DNA of 59,305 nucleotides, counting the filler. It is 5 parts of 5 records of this genome, joined end to end, with 100 filler letters (N's around TTAATTAATTAA, not from the genome) between each part and the next. Parts side by side here need not be neighbours in the genome. Positions count along the whole stretch, not along the records: positions 47,509 to 52,881 come from DRR723986_3013; positions 52,982 to 59,305 come from DRR723986_3023; 3 more parts are not named here. One strand, given 5' to 3'. Both the position numbers and the translations under genes were made by a program. This document shows positions 51,645 through 59,305 of this stretch, piece by piece. The notes below the pieces were generated by a model. The model ran no database searches, was not told the origin of the DNA, and saw only the letters and a list, made by a program, of their open reading frames with translations. How positions within the stretch are numbered: position 1 is the first letter of the stretch; each line of letters starts with the position of its first letter.

Positions 51645-52649
51645 TTACCGGCGCCGCTGCAACTGGTCCAGCTTGCCGCCACTGCTGAAATGGGTACTCA
51701 TTGCGTTTTCCCAGCCACCGGCAATCTCTTCGATGGACAGCAGTTTCAGTTCCGGGAAGCGATCGGCATTCTCGGCTTTCACGGCGTCGTTGTGAACACG
51801 GTAGTTGAAGCCTGCCAGCAGGCGCTGGGAGTCTTCGGTATAGAGGTGCTCCAGGTACTCCTTGGCCAGCTCGGCGGTGCCATTCTGTTCAACGTAGTCG
51901 TCAATCCAGGTCACCGGGAATTCGGCCAGGAAGCTTACCTTCGGCGTAACAGCCACGTATTCACCGTTCTCGAAACGGTCTGCAATGTTCAGAACCTCCG
52001 ACTCGAAGGTCAGCAGGACATCGCCGATGCCGCGCTCAACGAATGTGGTGGTGGCACCACGACCGCCGCTGTCAAAAACGCGTACCTGACCGAGCAGGTC
52101 CGCCATGAACTGATCAATCTTTTCCTGATCGTCGCCAAACTGATCTTGGGCGTAGCCCATAGCGGCCAGGTAGGTGTAACGGCCGTTTCCGGAGGTTTTC
52201 GGGTTCGGCATCACCAGTTGAACGTCTTCGCGGATCAGGTCGTCCCAGTTCTGGATATTCTTGGGATTACCCTCACGCACCAGAAACGCCATGGTTGAGT
52301 AGTAGGGCGAGCTGTTGTTCGGCAGGCGATCGGCCCAGTCTTCAGGAATCAGGCGACCGCGCTGGTGCAGGATGTCGATGTCGGTCACCTGGTTGAACGT
52401 TGCAACATCGGCTTTCAGGCCCTGAATAATGGCCTGTGCCTGCTTGGATGAACCTGCATGGGACTGTTTGATTTCGACCGTTTCGCCGGTCTTTTCCTGC
52501 CAGTGCTTTTTGAACTCTTCGTTGTAGGCAGCGAACAGTTCGCGGGCGATGTCGTAAGAAGTGTTGAGCAGCTCCCGGTCTGCAGCCAGTACCGGTTGGG
52601 CGGAGAGCAGGGCGGCGCCGAGCGCGATTCCCTTGAAAAGTTGCTTCAT
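51645..52649 (-). CDS. cysP: Thiosulfate/sulfate-binding periplasmic protein
   Basis: LLNTSYDIARELF and QSHAGSSKQA fit CysP better than Sbp (VSYDPTRE / SHGGSGKQ). Confidence 0.88.
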   Translation of the reverse strand: MKQLFKGIALGAALLSAQPVLAADRELLNTSYDIARELFAAYNEEFKKHWQEKTGETVEIKQSHAGSSKQAQAIIQGLKADVATFNQVTDIDILHQRGRLIPEDWADRLPNNSSPYYSTMAFLVREGNPKNIQNWDDLIREDVQLVMPNPKTSGNGRYTYLAAMGYAQDQFGDDQEKIDQFMADLLGQVRVFDSGGRGATTTFVERGIGDVLLTFESEVLNIADRFENGEYVAVTPKVSFLAEFPVTWIDDYVEQNGTAELAKEYLEHLYTEDSQRLLAGFNYRVHNDAVKAENADRFPELKLLSIEEIAGGWENAMSTHFSSGGKLDQLQRRR

Positions 52650-52766
52650 AACGAGCTCCTCAGAATGACGGTTCTAATCTGAGGAGCAATCTAACAAAAG
52701 GTTTTAAGAACGAAAAATATTAAAAATAAATATTGAAAGGCTTGTTTGGCATATAGGGGCCGGTCA

Positions 52767-52881
52767 TTAATATCGAAGCAGTGCCGACCCCCAGGTGAAG
52801 CCGCCGCCAAAGGCTTCCAGCAGAACTACCTGCCCGCGCTGGATTCGACCATCGCGGATGGCTTCATCCAGCGCCAACGGG
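52767..52881 (-). CDS. fabH: Beta-ketoacyl-ACP synthase III, C-terminus
   Basis: Manual translation [37 protein letters not shown]. Confidence 0.85.
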
Positions 52882-52981
52882 NNNNNNNNNNNNNNNNNNN
52901 NNNNNNNNNNNNNNNNNNNNNNNNNTTAATTAATTAANNNNNNNNNNNNNNNNNNNNNNNNNNNNNNNNNNNNNNNNNNNN
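52882..52981. other. Artificial contig spacer
   Basis: N run with TTAATTAATTAA. Confidence 0.98.
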
Positions 52982-55900
52982 CCCGCCGTTTGACCTCCCG
53001 CTCGGACTGGATACTGGAGTTGGCGCTGCCACTGGTGGACGATGTTCGGTTGTATCTGGTTCGGGATGGGCAACTGGTGGAACAGCGCCAGACCGGGTAT
53101 CTGGACAGCTGGGACGACCGTGATCTGGCCGTGCCAAACCCGACCTTCCGGCTCAGATTGTCGCCAGACACCGTCACCACGGTTTTCCTGCGCATTACCA
53201 ACACCAACACCTTCCGCCTGCCGATTACCCTCTGGCACCCGGACAGTTACATAGAAAAGGTCTCCATCGACGAAGCCGTACGCGGGCTGCTGCTGGGTGC
53301 CATCCTGGCTATCCTGGCTTACAACCTGTTTGTGGCGGTATCGGTGCGGGAGCGCAGCAACATCTACTACGTGCTCTACCTGGTATGTGCGGCGGTATTC
53401 ATCGGTACCGAACAGGTGCACGGGGTTCAGTTGCTGGATAGCCGGCCAGCCTTGCTCAACAAGGAATACCTCCATTTCCAGATTATCCTGACCTGGTTCT
53501 TTGGCCTGTTGATGGCCCGTTCGCTGCTGGAAACCCGGCAACGCTCGCCCGATCTGGATCATGTACTCCGGTTATGTCTGACCTCTGTCGTCACCACCTT
53601 TGGTTTGTCGTTTTTCATGCCCTATTCGGTGGCCATGGAATGGATTGTGGTCGGCTCGATTCTGCTCAGTATCATTCTGATTGTGGTCAGTTATCTGTCC
53701 TGGCGCTATTACAACCCGGCAGCACGCTCCTATTTCTTTGCCTGGACCCTGGCCCTGATCGGGTTTGGTATCTATGCGCTGACGGTGATGGGTTACCTGC
53801 CGCTGAATACCTTTACCAGCTATTCGCCACAGTTCGGCCTGACGGCCCAGATCATTCTGTTTTCCTTTGCCCTGGCTGACCGAATCAAGCAGGTTCAGGG
53901 CGAGGCCCTGGCCTGGAACCAGCGCGCTCTGGCAAACCTGAGGCGTTACCAGTCGCTGTTTGATAACGCCATTGAAGGCGTGTTCCAGATGTCACCGGAA
54001 CGTCGGTTTGTGACCGCCAACCCGGCCATGGCAGAGTTGCTGGGCTACAGCAGCAGCCGTGAGCTGCTGGTGCGAAACCCGGATGTGCTGGAAACCTGCA
54101 TTGCCGACGAGCGGTTGCGGCGCCTGGTGGTCGAGCAACTGGAAGCCCGGGGCACGGTCAAGGGGATTGAGGCCCGTTACCTGACCCGTCAGGGCGAGGA
54201 GCGCTGGGCCACTATCTCCCTGCACACGGTGTATGATGCCGAGGGCCTGCCCATGCATCTCGAAGGCACCTGTATTGACGCCACCGAGAGCCATCAGCGC
54301 CTGCAGATCGAGCGGGAGCGGGAGCAGGAGCGGCTTGAAAAAGAGCTGGCCCGGAATTCCGCTCAGGCCAAGAGCCAGTTCCTGGCCAATATGAGTCATG
54401 AAATCCGGACCCCGCTGGCGGCCATCATCGGTTATGGCGAAACTCTGCTGGACCCGGATCTGAACGAAACCGAGAAACGCAGCAGCGCTGAAACGGTGGT
54501 TCGCAGCGGGCGGCACCTGCTGGAGCTGGTGAACGATATCCTCGACCACTCAAAGATCGACGCCAACAAGCTGGATGTTGATGTGGTGCCGGTCAATCTG
54601 CCGGAGTTGCTGGATGAAATCCGTGCCTTCTTCGCCCCCCGGGCCCGGGAAAAGGGCCTGGATTTCAGTATCATCTGCGATTATCCCCTGCCCGAGAAGA
54701 TCCGGACCGACCCAACCCGTTACCGACAAATTATCATTAATTTGTGTGGAAATGCCCTGAAGTTCACGGAAAATGGGTCTATCTCCCTGATTGTTCGCTG
54801 TGACCGCGACGCCGAGAAGCTTTACGCCCGGGTGGTAGATACCGGGATTGGCATGAAGCCGGAACAGTTGGACCGTCTGTTTGATCCCTTTGCCCAGGGC
54901 AGCACCGCCATTTCCCGCCAGTATGGCGGCACGGGGCTCGGCCTCAGTATATCCCGGAGGCTGGCGGAACTGCTGGGCGGTGATATCCGGGTGTCCAGCA
55001 CCTACGGTGAAGGCAGTGAATTTGAAGTGTGCATCAGCACCGGTGAACTCACGCAGGTTCACTTCCTTCGGGATGCCTCCGAGTTCAGCCAGCGGCGCCG
55101 GGCCATTGCCATGGTCATGGCGCCCCGGTTGTCGGGCCGCATCCTCTGTGCCGAGGATAACGATGTAAACCGTCGGCTGGTGTCGTTGCTGGTGGGGCGC
55201 ACCGGTGCCGAGCTGGTGCATGTCAGTAATGGCGCGGAAGCCCTGGAACGCGCCACCCGCGAGCATTTCGATCTGATTCTGATGGACATCCAGATGCCGG
55301 TGATGAATGGCCGGGATGCCACCCTGGCGTTGCGGGAAGCAGGTGTTAACACCCCGGTGGTTGCGCTTACGGCCAATGTTATGGCCGAGGATATCGCCGA
55401 ATATCGTCTGGCGGGATGCAATGATCACCTGGCCAAACCCATCGACAAGCAGCGCTTTTACGAGGTATTGGCCCGTTACCTGGCGTTGTCGGCGGAAACG
55501 GCGGTGGGTTCCGGTCACCGATACAGCGGCAAGGTGCTGGTGGCCGAAGACAACGATGATAACCGTGGGCTGGTGGAGCGGATGCTCCGCCGCACCGGCG
55601 CAGAGCCCTTGCTGGTGACCAATGGGGAAGAGGCGGTTCGCCGGGCCCTGTCGGAAACCGTGAAACTGGTGCTTATGGATCGCCACATGCCCGGCATGGA
55701 CGGCGTTGCGGCCACCCGGCTTTTGCGCCAGGCGGGCTTCCGGCGGCCGATCATTGCCTTTACCGCTGGTGATCAGGCAGAGAATGAAGCCTTGCTGGAG
55801 GCCGGTTGCGACGGGGTGCTGAACAAGCCCATTGACCATGCCCACCTGCAGGCCCTGCTGGATCGCTATCTGCCGGTGGAACAATGGGTCGGCGAGGCGG

Positions 55901-56223
55901 TTGACGATGACATTAGTCCGCTGGTGAACCGTTTCCTGGATGGCCTGGCTGAGCGAAAGCGTCGCATGGAAGCCGCACTGGCCCAGGGACAGTTGCAGCA
56001 ATTGCAGTCCGAGAGCCATCAGATCAAGGGCACCGCCGGTGCCATGGGCTATCCGTTGATGACAGAACAGGCAGGGATACTTGAGCTATGTGTACGCTCA
56101 AGCCCCGGAGAGAGGGGGATGATTCGACAGGAACTGACCACCCTGAACGCCATGATTGACCGGGCCCTTGAGGGCCACCAGAGGTCGTCGGAAACCACAA
56201 AGGAACAGGCCAATGAGCGATAA
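52982..56223 (+). CDS. Hybrid sensor histidine kinase (7TMR-DISM, PAS, HisKA/HATPase, two REC, Hpt); 5' end missing
   Basis: 7 TM helices ending FSFALADRI, PAS FVTANPAMA, FLANMSHEIRTPL, NLCGNALKFT, GGTGLGL, LMDIQMP and LMDRHMP receivers, HQIKGTAG Hpt. Confidence 0.92.
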
Positions 56224-56758
56224 CCAAAAACAGGAACATTATTCCCTGAGCATGATGTATGGCACATACGCCGACATACTGTTCGTACTGTTTCCGTTTC
56301 TTGTCATTGCCATGCAGCGGCTCTGGGATGGCAACCTGTACCAGTCCCTGATGCGGCCCGACCTGAGTATTGCTGCGGCGATTCTGGCCGGCCTGGCTAT
56401 CGGCAAATTTGTGCTGGGGTTGGTGACCAATCGCGATCTGGGGCGCTACAAAGAGCGGATTGTGTTTTTTATTGCCCTGACGCTGTTCGTGGTCCTTGGG
56501 CCGGCCATCATCCTGATCCTGAGTATGACCGGGAACGCGGAGATTCCGGGCTTTGTGGCCTTTGTGCAGCCGGTACTGCTGATTGTCTCCATTTCCCTCT
56601 ATACAACGGCAGTCAGCATTGCCAATATTCTCACCCGGGTGACCGCGCCACCGTCCGTCGGTGACCATGGCGGGCCCACCGGTGATGAACCGGTTGATGT
56701 CCGCCCCGGGCCCGCACCTCTGGACTTGCCGCGCCGAACCGGCAACGATACCTACTGA
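56213..56758 (+). CDS. Hypothetical 4-TM membrane protein
   Basis: ATG 56213 overlaps the kinase 3' end; four hydrophobic segments. Confidence 0.7.
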   Translation: MSDNQKQEHYSLSMMYGTYADILFVLFPFLVIAMQRLWDGNLYQSLMRPDLSIAAAILAGLAIGKFVLGLVTNRDLGRYKERIVFFIALTLFVVLGPAIILILSMTGNAEIPGFVAFVQPVLLIVSISLYTTAVSIANILTRVTAPPSVGDHGGPTGDEPVDVRPGPAPLDLPRRTGNDTY

Positions 56759-56784
56759 GCCAGGGCACAGAACAGGAGAGTGTA

Positions 56785-57198
56785 ATGAGTGATCTCAGAG
56801 TACTGGTGGTCGAAGATGAGCCGGTGATGCGGGAGCGTCTGGTCGACATGCTTTACAAAGCCGGTGCTACCAGCGTGTCTGAATGTGCGGACGCTGCGTC
56901 TGCCAGGGCGGCGTTCGAGGCCAGTGAGTTCCAGATCATTCTGCTGGATCTGGGACTGCCGGATGGTAACGGTCACGAACTGATGACCCGTTTCAAACAG
57001 GTTCGGGAGAACCAGCATATTGTGCTGGTCACGGCAGACGATTCCATTGAGAGTATTCAACGTGCCATCAGTGCCGGCGCCAATGGCTATGTAGTGAAGC
57101 CCTATTCCCAGGAAAAGATTTACGATGTGGTGAACAACTACGCCATGGTCCATGGCGGTGATCTGTCGATGATGGATGGGCTGAACCGGCATCATTGA
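56785..57198 (+). CDS. Single-domain response regulator
   Basis: LVVEDE, LLDLGLPD, VTA, YVVKP; AGGAG SD. Confidence 0.92.
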   Translation: MSDLRVLVVEDEPVMRERLVDMLYKAGATSVSECADAASARAAFEASEFQIILLDLGLPDGNGHELMTRFKQVRENQHIVLVTADDSIESIQRAISAGANGYVVKPYSQEKIYDVVNNYAMVHGGDLSMMDGLNRHH

Positions 57199-57232
57199 CC
57201 GGTCCAGCCTGCGGTCGTGACGGCAAGCCTGA

Positions 57233-57505
57233 TCAGGCTACCTGGCGGGCAATCCAGGAGTTGTAGCGGGTCGCAAGAGCCCGGACATATCGGGCTTCGG
57301 CGCCGTCCAGATTGCTGAGTACGCCTTTGAAAATCCAGCCCCGCTCGTACAGACCCAGCACCCGCTGCTCGTCATCCAGGTTGACTCGCTGATTGAGTTT
57401 CTTGCAGATTGCATCCAGCAGCGGCAGCTTCTCCGGGCGCTTGATCGGAGCCTGACGATTGGCCATGGGCTGGTTCGCTGCACGTGATGTCGGATGTCTT
57501 CTCAT
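57233..57505 (-). CDS. Hypothetical protein, 90 aa
   Basis: AAGGAG SD before ATG 57505; MRRHPTSRA...YERGWIFKGVL..L...EARYVRALATRYNSWI. Confidence 0.7.
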   Translation of the reverse strand: MRRHPTSRAANQPMANRQAPIKRPEKLPLLDAICKKLNQRVNLDDEQRVLGLYERGWIFKGVLSNLDGAEARYVRALATRYNSWIARQVA

Positions 57506-57533
57506 GATGTTCTCCTTGTCGTTTTGCGGCTGC

Positions 57534-57572
57534 AAAAACAGAAAACCCCGGAGCCTCACAGGCAACCGGGGT
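57534..57572 (-). terminator. Intrinsic terminator in the 5' leader (attenuator 3:4 hairpin)
   Basis: Minus strand ACCCCGGTTGCCT-GTG-AGGCTCCGGGGT followed by TTTCTGTTTTT, about 30 nt before the start codon. Confidence 0.75.
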
Positions 57573-57628
57573 CTGGCGGAGAAGCTGCCCCGGTTGCCGC
57601 AACGGCTCCCGGGACTGACCGAAAGCCG

Positions 57629-57718
57629 TTAGCTGTCTTTCACCATGGCACGCACGGCCTGCCCAATCTGGCAACCGGCGGCTGAGTATACGGTGTGCTT
57701 TGAAATCATCCTGGTCAT
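57629..57718 (-). CDS. Putative attenuator leader peptide, 29 aa
   Basis: MTRMISKHTVYSAAGCQIGQAVRAMVKDS*; lies between a sigma70-like promoter and the leader terminator; SD is weak. Confidence 0.45.
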   Translation of the reverse strand: MTRMISKHTVYSAAGCQIGQAVRAMVKDS

Positions 57719-57747
57719 ATCGGCTCTGTGGATTCGGTTCAGTCATC

Positions 57748-57775
57748 AGTGTATAGGCAATTGGACGGTTTGCAA
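57748..57775 (-). promoter_or_regulatory. Candidate sigma70 promoter
   Basis: Minus strand TTGCAA-N16-TACACT. Confidence 0.45.
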
Positions 57776-57908
57776 TAGCCCAGCTCATTCGGCAAACCCG
57801 TACAGACGCACCGGCGGGAAATCCTCATACTTCTCCCTGTCACGTGTTTTTACGTTGTGCAATCCGCGGTACCTGCCTGGCAGGTATCGGATGGATCTCT
57901 CCTTTCTA

Positions 57909-57935
57909 CGCAGCCCGATGGGCTGCGTTTTTTTT
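57909..57935 (+). terminator. Intrinsic terminator-like hairpin with no obvious upstream gene
   Basis: CGCAGCCC-GAT-GGGCTGCG-TTTTTTTT. Confidence 0.55.
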
Positions 57936-58056
57936 GCCATCTCGGTAAGTTCGTAGCCACTACTTCGTACAGCCATTTATGGCGGCTTTGGCGATAATTC
58001 AACCACTCAATACATCCAGTTATCCAATTGATATCCAGAGGTTGAAACCGAAGAAA

Positions 58057-58293
58057 ATGCCCGAAGAACCCGGACCTGCCCGTAACAAGTTCCGTTCTGA
58101 TTTTATTGTCGAGATTGCCCTGATTGTAGCGGTTGCCGTTTATCTGGTGATGGCGCAGGGGCAAGTGGTGGGTGAGAACCTGTCCTTTACGGTTACTGGT
58201 GCCGCGCTGATGGCACTGGCCACCTACTGGACACTTCATACCATCCGAGATGGCCTGGAAGTTATTGCACTGCGGCTTCGCCCCGGCAAATAA
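58057..58293 (+). CDS. Small 2-TM hypothetical protein
   Basis: Two hydrophobic helices; start uncertain (57979 or 58057). Confidence 0.5.
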   Translation: MPEEPGPARNKFRSDFIVEIALIVAVAVYLVMAQGQVVGENLSFTVTGAALMALATYWTLHTIRDGLEVIALRLRPGK

Positions 58294-58774
58294 CCCGTTC
58301 CCAGGTTTTGTGCAGGATGAGTGCATCGTTGGCTGCCCGATGCACGGGCAGCCCGAGTTCGGCAATCACCTGCTGGCGGATGCCTGACCAGTGGCGTACC
58401 TGGCCCGGGTCGAGCAGCATGGAAATGGATTCCAGTTGAAACGCCGGAACCTCACCGGCGGCCCGGAATAGCCTGTGTAGCCAGAAGCTGTCGAAAGTCC
58501 AGGCGTCACAGAAAACCTGCTCCGGCAACAACTTGTTTAATTGCTGAGCCACCTCGCTAACCGGCATGCCTTCCTGCAACAGCCGTTGCCGTGAAATTCC
58601 GTGAATGGTTTCCGCGCTTTCAGACCAGTCCTGCCAGAGCACATGGGGCTGAATCAGCCAGCTGTGCAGTGCCCCGTCGGGCATGCAGATGCCTACCTCA
58701 ATCGGGTAGCTGGCGATCAGGTCGAGGCTGGACGCCTCAAAGTCAATAAAGGCCGGGCTGAAGTCTGAGCTCAT
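58262..58774 (-). CDS. DEDD/DnaQ-like exonuclease-fold protein
   Basis: FIDFEASSL, YPIEVG, IHGI, FD..WL..L and HRAANDA motifs. Confidence 0.75.
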   Translation of the reverse strand: MSSDFSPAFIDFEASSLDLIASYPIEVGICMPDGALHSWLIQPHVLWQDWSESAETIHGISRQRLLQEGMPVSEVAQQLNKLLPEQVFCDAWTFDSFWLHRLFRAAGEVPAFQLESISMLLDPGQVRHWSGIRQQVIAELGLPVHRAANDALILHKTWERVICRGEAAVQ

Positions 58775-58926
58775 TGAATCGGTGCTGGTGCTTTGTCGTT
58801 TTCTTTCGAGTTTACCCCTGATCTTGCCAGGACGCGAACCCAACTCGGTTTGTCACTGTTACAATATGGCCACGCTTTGTAAAAGCCCGATGACACACCC
58901 TTCTGAAAAACTGGTGCTGACCCCTC

Positions 58927-59305
58927 ATGACTGACTCCGTTGTCGTTATCTATTCCGGTGGTATGGATTCTTTCACACTGTTGCACCTGGCCCGCGCCAG
59001 GGGGCTCAAGGTACATGCCCTGTCCTTCAACTATGGCCAGCGCCACGTGCGGGAACTGGATGTGGCCGCCGATGTTTGCCGGGCTGAAGGTATCCCCCAC
59101 AAAGTGATTGATATCCGTGCCATGAGTGAGGTGATGTCCGGCTCTTCTCTGACGTCCGACATCGAAGTGCCTGAAGGCCATTATGAAGAAGACACCATGA
59201 AAGCCACGGTTGTGCCCAATCGCAACATGATCCTGTTATCGCTGGCGACCGGGTATGCGGTGACTACCGGGGCGGGCGCGGTCTGGTATGGAGCCCATGG
59301 CGGGG
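58927..59305 (+). CDS. queC: 7-cyano-7-deazaguanine synthase, N-terminal part (runs off window)
   Basis: Not in ORF track. [15 protein letters not shown]...FNYGQRH..EL...[12 protein letters not shown]. Confidence 0.93.
   Translation, partial: MTDSVVVIYSGGMDSFTLLHLARARGLKVHALSFNYGQRHVRELDVAADVCRAEGIPHKVIDIRAMSEVMSGSSLTSDIEVPEGHYEEDTMKATVVPNRNMILLSLATGYAVTTGAGAVWYGAHGG

Noticed and set aside
58860-58926. preQ1 riboswitch upstream of queC
   Set aside because: No recognisable preQ1 stem-loop with A-rich tail.

Overview
The window is not one locus. It is five contigs joined by 100-nt N spacers carrying a TTAATTAATTAA all-frame-stop linker (13402-13501, 33497-33596, 47409-47508, 52882-52981), so adjacency across spacers has no biological meaning. 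Contigs 1, 4 and 5 look gammaproteobacterial (Marinobacter-like by protein style; inference). Contig 1 has aer (partial), DMT and MATE transporters, a GGDEF gene, a degenerate HD-GYP gene, an inserted Tme-like effector/DUF1240 immunity pair, fghA, an AGCS symporter, a 1-Cys peroxiredoxin and metNIQ. Contig 4 has dabA (partial), cysPTWA and the end of fabH. Contig 5 has a 7TM-DISM hybrid kinase operon, a small gene behind an apparent leader-peptide attenuator, a DEDD-like nuclease and queC (partial). Contig 2 is an alphaproteobacterial (Rhodobacteraceae-like) mobile region. It carries IS110/IS1111 end remnants, a truncated IS256, a MOBV relaxase with a candidate oriT, a decayed HIT-PLD-helicase-DUF3427 (SauUSI-like) gene and a DeoR/ABC/phosphodiesterase/HAD/Na-Pi cargo module. 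It ends with an unannotated RHH gene divergent from three genes (helical protein, PD-(D/E)XK nuclease, soluble FtsH-like AAA+/M41 protease) whose products all end in Ala-Ala. Contig 3 is an alphaproteobacterial denitrification cluster, nirS'-E-C-F-D/L-G-H-J-N-cbiX-nnrT, convergent with nosZ'DFYLX. The best candidates for something undescribed are the RHH/nuclease/soluble-FtsH module with degron-like tails, the 1:2/2:3/3:4 attenuator at 57534-57718 and the orphan Tme/Tmi-like pair. All family calls come from motif recognition by eye; no searches were run.
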